Shown in pieces: positions 23,588-36,830 of a stretch of 64,000 nucleotides of DNA. A model generated the notes under the pieces. The model searched no databases, was not told the DNA's origin, and saw only the letters and a list, made by a program, of their open reading frames with translations. The number at the start of each line of letters is the position of its first letter. Position 1 is the stretch's first letter. The position numbers and the translations under genes were made by a program. This DNA is from Mobula hypostoma. Lineage: Eukaryota. The stretch is from positions 13,578,001 to 13,642,000 of the forward strand of contig NC_086110.1 in NCBI RefSeq assembly GCF_963921235.1. Reading direction: 5' to 3'.

Positions 23588-24846
23588 CTGGAGGAAACAA
23601 AGAAACCGTGAAGCATTTATACATCTGAAAACCAATCGACACGTGAGAATCAAAAATGCAGAGCATTTTATAAGCTCCCTTCAAAGCTCCCTACACAACG
23701 ATGGGAAAACAGAACATATTAATGACAGAATATACAATATAGAACAAAGAAATCTGGTGTTTAGTTTCTCGAGACACACGCGAGAAATTTACTAAGACTA
23801 TGAATAGACTCGGCTGCATCTTCCTTTACTTCACTTGACAATAGTTATCAGCACAACTATTGAACGTGTAAACATCAACCAAATACGATTCTAATCACGA
23901 TTCAAACGGTTAAATCATGTCTGTCAAGAAGATTTCTCAGTACGATCAAAACCTAAAGAGAACTCGTAGGAGTCCCGGTGCAGCAACAAATCGCTTCCGC
24001 ATTACATGCTGAAATTCCTCGCTAACTCTATGAGTTTAACACTGTATCCTCTAAGCCTCCTGAATGTGTATCGAGCATATTAAACATATTTTCCCACTGT
24101 TATGGTTTCCACAGGTTTAGGAGTGACAATCCTGAATTCATAGAAAACTGTTTTAATGAAAACATAGACCAAACTCCAGTCATTCATTTGAATTGTGTTG
24201 CCTACTATTATTGGAAGGTAATTACGCAGAGACTAAATTTTGACAAAATCTGTCCACAGTTTCGCTCCCTATGCATTCGGTCCAGGTGGCAATTAAGTGT
24301 CACGCCTCAGTGTTCAGGAATTCCTATTTTGATTCTGATTTTGCCCCAAAAAAAAACTATGTCAATGAAGTACACCTTTGCTCAACAGCAGGTGGTTTCC
24401 CCCCATTGTTATATCATCATGCAATTCAGAGTTTACGTGTAGCTTTGCTTCATCTTTGACTAATGTCCAGAATTTTGTTACCTTACAAGTACAACACGAA
24501 TTTAATTTCTTAATTCACCCTACACGATGTAAACTGAGGGTAAAAGAAATTTGATTTAAAAACCATTCACATTAAATGTTCACTGCAAACAAGTAATCTT
24601 AAAATTTCTCCCTTCTTCCGTGTTCGGATAGCTGTTCAGTGCCTGTTCTTAAGCAGATTTGATCTATCCAGCTCTATCATTTGCGAACGTTTCCAACTTG
24701 CCCGGAACGCTAGAGTTTCTGAAAGTGTTGAAAATTCAGAGTAGCACACAAAATACTGAAGGTACGCAGCAGATCAGGAGAGGAATAAAGTAACGAGGTT
24801 TCGGTCCGAGATCTGATATCGGGACGCAATCAAGATACCATCTTAC

Positions 24847-25140
24847 CTTGCTCCAGGATGTGGCTGAAACAGGCAGGCACTGTGAGGGAGACATGCAACA
24901 CCAGACAGATGTAAACATCTTTTCCCCAAGCAGACTGATTAATTTCCAATAAACTGTAAGCCTCATATAAACCCTCCGCCGTCCGGTTAATATCTGTTTT
25001 TATTCCAGTGAGAATTTGCCTGTTATTCGTTTGCCAGACGATTTGTAATTCCTTCGGGTAGAAGGCAGCTGTTTTACAAAGGAGTTTCCGAGGAGACGAA
25101 AACTCTGCAATAGGAACGATTTCCAATGGAGTTGGGGGAG
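24847..25140 (-). CDS. C1-set Ig constant-domain exon
   Basis: LLCKTAAFYPKELQIVW, EGLYEAYSLL, YICLVLHVSL; acceptor ctctttttattcaag, donor GTAAGA, phase 1-1, 294 nt, no stops. Confidence 0.93.
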
Positions 25141-26229
25141 CTTGAATAAAAAGAGAGTTATATTGGGTGTTACCATCCATTTAGTTCAAATAAATTCCTT
25201 TATCTTCCCGTCAATTACAATGACATCTCACTATCAAATTAGTTACCCGCCATAGGCTCCCAGCATTTTATAAATTATTTTAAGTTCAAGTTCAAGTTCA
25301 TAGTTAATAAACCACACAGATGTACATGGCTAAATGAAACATCCTTCTTTATACTTTATACTTTATACTATATACTTTATTGTCTTCTGGGGTCAACTGC
25401 AAAATGCAGTCCATGTATTCACACACAGCACGTGCAGTCACCATCCGGCAGATCCAGTGAAAAATAAACGAATCAAAATCGAGGCACCGTGCAGAGACAG
25501 ATGAAAGGAAAAATTCGAAGAAGGCACAGAAAAGGCGAATCTAAGGGGTGAGAAGTGAGAAAGACATTCCTTTTTGAATGGTCTTTCAGCTTTATCACAT
25601 GATTCTGTTTGCGGCAGCGTGTAAGTTTTGGAAAATATTCCTTTCTGTATTTTTTTTTCATTTCCAATTAAATCTGAACGATAAGACCTAAAATATTACA
25701 GATGTCCACACTCCGGACGCAAGAAGCTCTTGCACATTGGCAACTCATTTGTTCAGGTTGTTGTTCAGAGCTTACGTTGGAGCTTTCCAGTCATCAACAT
25801 TCACTGATAGAGTTTTCCTCGGAATGTATATCATTGCTAGAAAATTTCTCCCGCATATAATGTGTTGAATGTGGCAAATCCTACCCTCCATGAAACAACT
25901 AGGAACGGAAAAGCGGAGATGATATTAACCGCATTTATTCTACATTTCTGTTCTTTCATAAACCTGTCGGTCTGCAGCAAAATGGTCGAAAATGGCCTGA
26001 CACTGCTATACGAACGATGGTGCCCTGCAGAGAGGCAACCGAGGAGCTGAACGAGCTTCGCTTCTCCCTACAGAGATTCCACTGAAAGATAAGCCCAAAA
26101 TTCACGATTTTGTAAACTTGGACTGCTTCCGCTGCAACTATGGTCCGTATCTAACTTAGGAAAGGCTATTTTCAGATTGCTTTATCAATATGTCACAACA
26201 TTTAGCATTTTGCCCTGCCTATAATGGCC

Positions 26230-26930
26230 ATCCTGAGTTCACGGTTACCCCCACAGCACTGCCATGGTCCATATACAGATGACAGATGTTTATGTGCTTG
26301 TTGTCGTGAGGCAAATTAGTTTGTATAAATCCTCATGGCTCGAGATGGAGTCCCATCTGAAATCTTGGGAGGCTCGTGCATAATTTGAAGGTGCCTTGAT
26401 AGAGGTATTCAAAATATCCTGACCCACGGGTGAGAAGCCGGAAGACTGGATATGATTAATGTTTTGTAGTTGTTCAAGAAAATATCTAAGAAGACGCCGG
26501 GATCTTTTAGGTTGGTGAGACTGACGATTGTAAATTGTAACTTGTTGGCAATATTACAAGTGACAGGATACATAACTATTTAGATAGAAGTTCCAATAGC
26601 CATCAAGATTTTGTGCATGGTAAGTAGTGTCAGGCTTATCTTAAAGCGCTTTTCGAGGAGTTTACCAGAGATCATGTTGAAGGAAATGCAGGGGATGTTG
26701 TCTACATGGCAATCCCTTAGGCAAAGTCCGTAATGAGAGGCTGATCAAGAAGGTTCGGTTGGAATTCAGGATGAAGTGGTAAACTGCATTTAACATTGGC
26801 ATAGCGGGAAAGCCAGGGAGTGGTTGTAGACGGCTTCCCTCTGACTGGAGGCCTATAACTAGAGGTGTGCCGCGGGGATCGGTGCTGGCTACGTTGATAG
26901 TTCTTAATTAATTTTTTATGACAATGGATT
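26230..26930 (+). mobile_element. Old degenerate CR1 RT fragment in intron 2
   Basis: Remnants such as gactggaggcctataactagaggtgtgccgcggggatcggtgctg (WRP.T.GVP.GSVL). Confidence 0.65.
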
Positions 26931-27773
26931 AAACTGGTTCAGAATTTTTTTCAGATCTGCACAGTGGGTAACAAATGCAGACAGCTGTAAAATGGGCTGT
27001 AAAATGACAGCTGGAATTCATTCGCTTTCAAATTCCATTCGTGCTCAGCTCTCTACCCTTTACATTATAACCCTATCAAAATTCATCTCGATATTACGAT
27101 TTCTATTTCTCTCCCTATTTTGAATGGGGAAAGAGGTATAGATAGTCAGAAGTTTTGCAAAGCACATTTGGATTGACAATTTGCAGCGCGTGCGACAAAT
27201 AGATACATTATATTGCTATTAATTCTTTTGGATCTGGGTGAGTTTGCAACCTTGACATCCTATAAGAGAGTAGATAAAATTGTTCATGATTTGCCTCATG
27301 TGTGATCGGAAATCGAGCTTTCCAACTACAGCCACTCACATTAGTAACAATATTATTTTAACATCTTGCCTGCAAAGCAAATATTACTTCACTTGAAAAT
27401 TAATTCCTTGTTTTTGAAGCACCTTCCCGATGATAATGCTAAAATCGAAGGGCATCACTAACCTTGGACATTAGCTTTAAATTGGAGATTGCCGATCGAT
27501 AGGTCTGCACTAACAGCAGTTGTAAGGAGTACGATGCAACAAACAGAATCAGCGTTATTTCTCGCCCAATTGACGCTGCCTAAAAATGTATTTATTTTGT
27601 TCTGTTCTTTTTAACTCTACAATTGGAGCTTGTAGAGTGGGATTTGCTTTAACGCGTGAAACAAATCCACTCTCGCTTTTTGTTTTATCAAATAGTAACA
27701 TGACATATTAATCTCATCATTAGCTTTAATTTAAATTGCACAAAAGCGAAAATCTCCTCGCAGCCGCACTAAC

Positions 27774-28079
27774 CGAACACAGTGAGCTTGGAGCCACTTC
27801 CATTCCAGAATGATTGTTCCCGATACTTTGCTCCACAGTAGTAAATTCCGGAATCGGCGAATTTCACATCCAGCAGAACAAGCGTTCCTCTTGTCTTTTC
27901 GAGACTAAATTGTTTTCTGCTGTCACTTTCTAAAAATGCATTCTCGCCTTCCCTCCACCAAAGAAAGCTAACAGTATCTTTTGATATTTGAGTATTGCAG
28001 TGCAAGGTAACATTCGTCCCGCCCGGAACGTCCAAGTCCGTAGGGAATTGATATACTCTGAACGCAAGCACTTCGACCG
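27774..28079 (-). CDS. Germline-joined VJ-type Ig variable-domain exon
   Basis: VTLHC (B-strand Cys), FLWWRE (Trp), DSGIYYC (F-strand), J-like WNGSGSKLTV all in one exon with no RSS; acceptor ttttttcgccggcag, donor GTTAGT, phase 1-1, 306 nt. Confidence 0.95.
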
Positions 28080-28289
28080 CTGCCGGCGAAAAAAAACAAG
28101 AGCATTAATAACAGCTACACACAGGGAACAAATAAGAACCTAAAGACATACTGTATGTTACCGGATAACGAAGAGACAAAGACGACCGAATTGCTCAACC
28201 GCTGAAACTAGGTATGCAGCGGGAACCCAGGTTTAAATTTTCTAAAATAGAATACTCAGTTCAGAAACGGAACATTTAAGTTAGCATAC

Positions 28290-28344
28290 ATAGACAAGTA
28301 ATAGCCAGGAGCGCCATGTACGAAACCGTAAATTTCTCTGACAT
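28290..28344 (-). CDS. Leader (signal peptide) exon MSEKFTVSYMALLAITCL
   Basis: ATG at 28344, hydrophobic core, phase-1 donor GTATGC that joins in frame to the V exon; 210-nt intron. Confidence 0.85.
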
Positions 28345-28849
28345 ATTACAGAAACCGAACCGAGCAATTTTGGGATACAAGTGATATTCTGAAGAGTTTG
28401 TGGAAGGAATAGAAATTCAAGGGTAAATATATGAACCGTGTAATCATGACGTATGATGACGCCTCAACAAGACAGAAGCAGGTGTTTCAAAGATCCTTAT
28501 ACTGGGCAGACAGGGCAGTGAGATCTCTTCCCTTTTCAATTGTTAAAGGACTATCTAGTGCTTTCAAAATTATGTTCGGATTTTGTGCACTATGCTGAGT
28601 TCAGGAATTATCCATTTCTTTATTTCGAACTAAATTCAGATCTGTGCTCTGCCAAGTAATTCCAAATAAGGAAATCCGCATTGTAGTCATAAATATCTAA
28701 TAAAATTTGCGGTTTTGAATTGGATGGGTAAGATGGCACTCGCGACCAATGCGACTAACGGCCAATTCGTGCAAACGTTCACGATTTTTTTCTTCGTCTT
28801 TTCCTTCTTTAAAAAGCATTTTAAAAGTTATTAATGTGTGCGCGACTGA

Positions 28850-29530
28850 AGCCTGTAATGAACAAACTGATAATGTGTCTTTGGGCCGACTGAGGGACCT
28901 TGCGCTTTTAGTCCCTCCGACTGGATTCGGCGTGTCTGAGAACGTAGTATGCGGCTTACTGGTGGAGAGTGGATCCAATCGGCTCAGTTATTCCCACATC
29001 TCGTAATAAAAGCGTCGAGCAAGATTAAAAGTCAAGAAGGAAAATAGCGCAAAGCGAACGGGTGTTCAGAGCATCTGCCCGCGTTTGACTCGTATCTCTC
29101 TCCGTCTCGGTTGCCCGCAGAAGATCATTCAGTCTTGGATCATGGGCAAGATTTGTGGATTGGAGTCGTTTTCAGAAGTCTGCTAGTTCAGGTTATGTGT
29201 ATTTTTGGTTACACCGTTTATATTGCTATTTAGCACGATTTTGATGGAGCACTTCGACGCGAATTGGTCCTGCGACCTGCAGCGAAATTTTACACCGAAC
29301 TCAAAGACACTGAACGTTCCGAGAGTGTTTCAAGGACTCTGCTTTGAAGTTTACTAGTCTGTGTGTTATTCGTTCCTTTTTGCCGTCTGCACGAACTGCT
29401 CTTTCATTCTCGTTGGATGTTTGATATATATATTTTTTTAAGTGTCCATAATGTTTCTTTTTTTCTTGGCTGCCTGCGGGAAAACAAATCTCAGGGTTGT
29501 ATATTGCATACATAATTGATAGCAAATGTA
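28850..29530 (+). repeat. Interspersed repeat (unclassified)
   Basis: Ends in tggctgcctgcgggaaaacaaatctcagggttgtata, a retroposon-like 3' end; no coding motifs. Confidence 0.45.
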
Positions 29531-30779
29531 CGTTGATGTTGAATCGGACAAAAATAGTAACAACCTTCCTTCACTATTTAGCTTCGTTGTGTTGTTCCGT
29601 TTCAATCATATACCATCGGTCAATTATCATCCCGCTGGTTCCAAACCACAAACGCAAACCCCCGCTTCACGTCCTCTACATTCTCTTGATTATGTTTTAG
29701 CTCATCTCCCTCTCTTGTTCGAACTCTAGCCGCTCCTGCAAAGACATTCTGGACCTCCAAACTGAAATTTGATAGCTATGAATTCTGTTGTTCTTACAAT
29801 CACCATTGCAGTAAGATTTGCAGAAAAGCGGGAGAGCAGGTGCGCTTTTACAGCAAGAAAGGCTGTAACGCTTTTTTTTCTCCTGATAATATCCTTTAGG
29901 GTTTGCTTATAAAAGTCCGACTGATAAACTACTGTTTAATAGCTGGAAAACAAAACCGAAAAGAAACTGATGAACGAGACTGGTCTGAACAATAAGCACA
30001 TTCCCTCGGACACCGTCATTCACACGTCTCCGGTACAATGTGTGATTTTTGATTCTGAGCATTCATGAAACTGCACAAGGGAAGCGACATATGGTCGAGG
30101 AATAGGCCTGTTACTTCAGCAATTCTCATTTATTTTAAATGCTTGTTCATTTCAAGGCTACATACATTTTGTGAAATAAAAAACATAATACGAAATTTTA
30201 CTTCATAAATTTACTCCAGCGATGGATTTGTCGTTTTTTTTTGTACAAAGTCGCCCCCATAGTACTCAGGTTCCAGGCTTGCTGCTCTGGCTAGTTCGCA
30301 CTCAGAACTCGGCGAGAAGTAACAACAAGTGTTGTCTCTGACAGAAAACTATACCGGATAAAGGATGATAATCACAATGAAGAGAGCACTTAGAGGTGAA
30401 ACTATACGTTATTCAGTTTAATGATTATGGTAACACAGAGATTTAGGAGGCATTGCGAGAAAATCTATAAAGCGAGCATGGGGGACACCTCAACTGATAG
30501 AATGCAGTTCCGGGGCTCCATTTTAAGTCCAATTAGCACTAGCGGAACTGGGGGTAATGCTACTATTTCAAATATCTCTTAAATTTGCACAAAGTAAAAG
30601 AGAGACAGATGCAGAATCAATCTGAGCTAATGCTTAACCCGGTACTGACAAAACAGGCATCGGAATGATAATCATTTTTCTGACTTGGCAGCGCATACAC
30701 GCTTTCCTGTTTCGAATATTAGAATATTGAATATTCTTCAAATCATCGTGGTTGGCGGTGAAACTATACTGAATTTATC

Positions 30780-31357
30780 GCGAAAGCAGTAAAGACTCTG
30801 ATTATCATGCCGATCACCGCCCTATTTTGAGTAGTTATACATCTGGAATTGCCACGATTCGGCGAGGACGTTGCTCTGTTTTCATTGGCACGTTATCGCC
30901 ATCATATAATTGCATCTCCTGCCCTCTCAGAAATGAAATCTTTTATGTGTATCGAGCGTCAGGTTGTTCACAGTAACACGCATTTAGTCCAGTGGATCCC
31001 ACTGGATGTAATTAAGTTCGGGTTGTTGAGGAGTTTGTCGAGGAGAGTATGAATCAATGCTCAGCTTCCATGTGCTTCCGACGTTCAGAGTCAATATTCT
31101 GATTTCCATGCGAATCACCACGCCATTTTGCCCAGTTATGTATTGGGAATTTCCACGAATCGTTTGGGATGTTATGCTACTTTCATGGACACACTGCGCC
31201 ATCATTGAATTCCATCTGATGTCCTCTCAGAATTGAAATCGATTGCAGAAACACATATCCCTGTCCATTGGCACAGCTGGATGTAATTGAGTTGGGGAAG
31301 TTGAGGAGGTTGGCCGGATGAGGACACCGACTAAGTTAATTTTATCCCGCTGCGGAT
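30780..31357 (-). pseudogene. Tandemly duplicated (about 300 bp) decayed cytoplasmic-tail exon with ITIM-like LNYIQL / LNYIQW
   Basis: Matching anchors about 300 bp apart (30801/31102, 30845/31146, 30898/31198) and 275 bp apart (31002/31277); acceptor cttacacttcatccag just before 31357; both copies interrupted by stops. Confidence 0.5.
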
Positions 31358-31707
31358 CTGGATGAAGTGTAAGGGGGATAAAAACTAATAAGAGACAGTT
31401 CAATTTTACCTTTCAAGTGATTTGAGATGCCTAACACAGAAATGCGACTGTGGCTTAGAACACCGCTTCCAGTAGGTAAGTTTTCTGCCAAGACGCGGTG
31501 GGGGTGGGAAGGGGTGGAGGACTGGTCTTAATCTTCAGATATTCCTTTTTTCGACACATAACTACCAAAGGTGACAGGACTGTGATTAATTTCCCATGAA
31601 CCACCGTCTGTTCTCTATTAGTCGATTCTTCATGGGGTGAAGGAATTGAACAGTAACTTGGACAGATCATTAAACATTTAAAAATAAGCTGTCTGAAAAT
31701 AAAATAC

Positions 31708-31740
31708 CTGGCTTGAGCACTTGTGAGATTGCTTTGGTTG
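31708..31740 (-). pseudogene. Candidate 33-nt cytoplasmic mini-exon of paralogue 2 (xTKAISQVLKP)
   Basis: cacctaacag acceptor, CAG|GTATTT donor, phase 1-1, open. Confidence 0.3.
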
Positions 31741-32149
31741 CTGTTAGGTGACAATTAATTAAGACAGCACATGCATCATTAATTGTAAATGCTCTGGAAA
31801 TAGTCCCTGTATCTCTTCAGTTTCGTTCCCATATATATTGCTCATTGTTAACTGGCGTGGAAAAGCACAGGGCAGTATAAGGGAAAAAAATGTGTTTATA
31901 AGTATTTAATTTATCAGTTTATTAATTCAAATGCTTGAATATTTCTGATAATGTCAGAAAAATCAAGAGATTTCCAACTGTTAAGCACAGCTCTGGTTAT
32001 GTCTACGGGCTGACTGTGCATCTAGATTTGTAATTTCTGAGACACTTTTGTCCACTTTACGACGAAATCCATTGTAACGTCGCGCCTTTAAATGTCTTTA
32101 CCTTCATTGGAAACATAATCCCAAATGTTCTGAACAAAATCTTTCTATA

Positions 32150-32550
32150 AGTGAACAGAACAGGAACAGGCCACCGACCCACAATGCTGTGCCAAACCAG
32201 CTGAAAAGCAAATCAAAACACACCAACACTAATCACATCCACCTGACCCATGTTAATCCTTACATCCATATGCCTATCCAAATGTCTGTTGAAATCCTCT
32301 ATTGTACTTGCCGCTACGAGTATACAAGGCATCCCCAACTCTCTAAGTAAAAGACTTGCCCCGCTTGAACCTACCCCCTGTCACCGTCAATGTGTGTCCT
32401 CTGGTATTAGACATTTCAACTCTGGGTAATAGATGCTCTCTGTACACTTTATCTATGCCTCTCATAACCTTGTAAATCTCTATTAGATCTCCCTTCAGCC
32501 TGCAACGCGCCAAAGAAAACGACCCAAGTTTATCCTGCCACTAGTGATAG
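32150..32550 (-). mobile_element. Degenerate CR1 3' end
   Basis: ctttatctatgcctctcataaccttgtaaatctctattagatctccc matches the CR1 3' RT/UTR elsewhere in the window. Confidence 0.65.
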
Positions 32551-33504
32551 TATAAATATTTCAACTGAATTTTCATTATTATTTTGGTAAAATAATAGGG
32601 TGCTGTGTTGGAATACTCTGACTGCAAAATTAAAGCTATTGTTTTATACTCTTGGGCCAATATCCCAGAACGCTAGGCCCCATCGTCTGAGAGAGAAATC
32701 GTGATACCACTTCCTTTTTAGTTTTCCCCTCTTCAGAGAACGTTCCTGACGGGCCTAGGATTTCCAGAGTTTTCTGCTTAATTTCGGTTTACAAACATCG
32801 GCAGTGCTAGTTCCCGTTATTACCCTTCTTTTCATGAACGATCTATCTAGATATAAGCTGAACTCATGAAGGCATGACCTTCCTTCCACTTTCATTCGTC
32901 TTTAAATGCATCATGGAAATATTTTGGTTCAAAGACAGCTCTCGACATTGTCTCATCATACTATTTTTCAACCTGCTCCTTACCCCATTAAGACTGCTTT
33001 TAATATAAAATGGACGAGTACAGCACAGGATTATGACCTTCGTCAAATCAAACTAAATGCTTACTAGCTGCGTATGATCTGCATCTCTGAAGTCACTGCA
33101 CATTCGTGTCTGTATTCAAAAGCCTCTTAATTACAATATCTTCTTCTGATTTCATTTTCTTCAATGTACAAGGAGTTTTGTTCATTCCTGAGTGTAAGGT
33201 CAGTCTATTTCCCGGCGCCCTGCGAATTAAAGTCTTTGTAACAATTTGTCACATTTTTCTGCGAGTCCGTAGGAAAATAAAAATCATTCCGGTTAAGTGA
33301 AGGGACAGGACTTTCCACTACTTCTCAAATGTATTTTCCAACTCCTCTTAGTCTGGAACACGTTAAAGTCATCAAATAACAATCTGATACTCAGTGACCC
33401 GAAACGGATATTATTTCATGTAATGTAAGAATTCTGAATGACTTACACCACCGTCACTTTGGAAAGATATTGTCTAATACACTTAAAAGTTATACCAACA
33501 TCCT

Positions 33505-35880
33505 ATATAATCATATAACTATATAACAGTTACAACACGGAAGCAGGCTATCTCGGCCCTTTTAGTCCGTGCCGAAATCTTACCTAATCCCATCGACCTG
33601 CACTCATCCTCTATTACTTTCCTGGCCATATAGCTGTCCAATTTAACTTTAAACGACAACGTCGAACCCGCCTCAACCACTTCTGCTGGAAGCTCGTTCC
33701 ACACAACTACCATTCTCTGAGTAAGAAGCTTCCCCTCATGTCACCCCTAAACTTTTGTCCTTTAACTCTCAACTCATGTCCACTTGTTTGCATTTCTCCC
33801 ACTCTCCACGTCAACTCTATCTATCCCCCTCACAATTTTAAATACCTCTGTCAAGCCCCCTCTCAACTTTCTACATTCCAAACAATAAAGACCCAACTTG
33901 TTCAACCTTTTTCTGTAACTTAGATGATGAAACACACGTAACATTCTAGTAAATCTTCTCTGTACTCTCTATTTTGTTGACATCTTTCCTATAATTCAGT
34001 GACCAAAACTGTACACAATATTCCAAATTTGGCCTCACCAATGCCTTGTACAATTTCAACCTTACATCCCAACTCCTATACTCAATGCTCTGAATTATAA
34101 AGGCCAACATATCAAAAAGCTTTCTTCACCACTCTATCCATATAAGATTCCACCTTCAGGGAACTATGCACCATTATTCCTACATCCCACTGTTCTCAAC
34201 ATTCTTCAATGCCCTACCGTTTACCATGTAGGTCCTATTTTGATTAGCCCTACCAAAATGTAGCACCTCACATTTATCAGCATTAAACTCCATCTGCCAT
34301 CTTTCAGCCCACTCTTCTTACGGGCCTAAATCTCTCTGCAAGCTTTGAAAACCTACTTCATTATTTACAATTCCACCTATCTAAGTATCATATGCATACT
34401 TACTCATCCAATTTACCACCCCATCATCTAGATCCTTAATGAATATGACAAATAACATTGGACCAGTACAGGTCCCTGAGGTACACCACTAGACACCGGC
34501 CTTTATTTTGACAAACCGTTATCCACCAAGACTCTCTGGCGTCACCCATCCAGCCACTGCTGAATCCATTTTACCACTTCAATATTAATACCTAACGATT
34601 GAAACTTCCTAACCAGCCTTCCGTGTGGCAACTTGTCAAAGGCCTTACTGAAATCCATATAGACAACATCCACCACTTTACCCTCGTCAGCTTTCCCAGC
34701 AACCTCATCAAAAAATTCAATAAGATTTGTCAAACATGACCTTTCACGCACAAATCCATGTTGAGTGTTTCTAATCAGATCCTGTCTATCCAGATAATTA
34801 TATATACCATCTCTAAGAATACTTTCCAACACTTTACCCACCACTGACATCAAACTCACAGGCTGATTATTGCTAGGTTTAATCTTAGAACCCTCTGTAA
34901 ACAGTGGAACAACATGAGCAAAACGCATATCCTCTGGCACCATCCCCGTTTCTAATGACATTTGAAATATTTCTGTCAGAGCCCCTGCTATTTCCATACT
35001 AACTTCCCTCAAGGTCCTAGGGAATATCCTTTCAGGACCCGGAGATTTATCCACTTTAATATGCCTTAAAAGCTCCAGTACTTCCTCTTCTTTAATCATC
35101 ATAGTTTCCATAATTCCCTACCTGTTACCCTTATCTCACACAACTCAATATCCTTCTCCTCAATGAATACCGAAGAAAAGAAATTGTTCAGAATTTTTCC
35201 CATCACTTATGGCTCTACACATAGCTGTCCACGCTGATTCTCTAAGGGACCAATTTTATTCCTCACTATCCTTTTGCTCTTAATATAAAGGTAGAAACCC
35301 TTGGGATTTATTTTCACCTTACTTTCCAAAGCCCAACCTCAAATCTTATTTTAGCTTTACTAATTTTAATTCTTAAGATTATTTTTACATTCTTTATATT
35401 CCTCGACCGCCGCATTTACTCCATGCTGCCTTTATTAATTGTAGATATCTCTCTTTTTCTAAAGCAAGCTTCCAATATCCCTTGAAAGCCATGGCTCTCT
35501 CAAACTTTTAATCTTTCCTTTCAACCTAACAGGAACATAAAGATTCTGTACTCTCAAAATTTCACCTTTAAATGACCTCCATTTCTTTATTATATTCTTC
35601 CCATAAAACAAATTGTCACAATCCACTCCTTCTAAATCCTTTCGCATCTCCTCAAAGGTAGCCTTTCTCCAATCAAAAATTTCAACCCTGTGTCCAGACC
35701 TATCCTTCTCCATAATTATATTGAAACTAATAGCATTGTGATCAGCGGACCCGAAGTGCTCCCCAACACAAGCCTCCTTCACCTGACCAGTCTCACTCTC
35801 TAGCAGCAGATCCAACACTGCCCCTTCTTTCGTTGGTACCTCTATGTATTGCTGCAAAAAACTATCCTGAGGGCTAAATT
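33505..35880 (-). mobile_element. CR1 LINE (endonuclease end, RT, 3' UTR)
   Basis: ORFs 35459-35857 (EGAVLDLLL, EHFGSADHN) and 34542-35111 (KSPGPE, QHGF, DFSKAFDK). Confidence 0.92.
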
Positions 35881-36830
35881 ATCCGGATGAGCGATTTTTT
35901 TTTTTTTGCACAACCTTACCTTCCCTTTTCTATTTTCTATTTACGATTTATAATTTAAATTTGTAATGTATACTATCGATTTGTAATCCAGGGGGCGCGA
36001 AGCGCCGGGTCAAATATCACTGTGATGATTGTACGCTCTAATATCAATTGTTTGCGACAATAAAGTAAAGTAAAATTATTGTCCATTTTTACATTTAGTT
36101 TCTCATTTAAGTTATCAGAAAGGAAAATGTGTTACCTCACTACCGAGATCAAGTTCACATTGCCTTTTAATGTGTAAAGTAAGTTGTTCACTATTCAATT
36201 TTCTCAGAGAATGAGTCACACATGAATATCAACTATTTAGCTATTCTTAAAAACATTGTTTCGTGTAGTTATCTCCAGATTGAACATGTCGTAGAATCGG
36301 GAAGCAAATACACCGCTGCACAGCTTCAGAAACATTTAACTGACAGAAGCAGGCTTTCAAAAAAGTGTTATTTTCAACTTATTGTCCTAATGTTAGACGC
36401 AAACCAGCAGTCCGCAAAATACGTGTTTCAGAGAGGCGCAATCATTGACCACAGATCTTCCATGATGTCACCAATAGATTCGCGCGTGCAGTTCTGTTCT
36501 CAGACGGTGTGTTAGTTCCCGTAAACGCAAATTATAATCACCTTCTTGGTAAACTGATACTTAATTAAAACCTCTATTCCGAACATCTTTTCATAGAAAA
36601 CTTGCACCAGCTCGCATGCAAACATTCGCATTTGCGAATTACGAACAGGAAGTTAGCATATTTTTGCTTTGAGTGGATACGAAAACTCATCGGAATGGAA
36701 CATAGTAATGTAGTCTGATTGCATTTCAAATGGGCAGTGGAAATAGAAAAGGAAAGTACCAAGGTACACACGGATACACTCATTTAAATATTTTAATATG
36801 TTAACGTAAATGCTTCGATTCATGACTCAC

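Noticed and set aside
27600-27800. Recombination signal sequences or separate D/J segments for the V exon
   Set aside because: No CACAGTG heptamer with a spaced nonamer follows the V, and the J-like strand is already fused, so this is not a rearranging Ig/TCR locus
28697-28978. 93-aa ORF upstream of the leader as an extra exon
   Set aside because: Overlaps an interspersed repeat, has no Ig or signal-peptide features, and the leader has its own ATG
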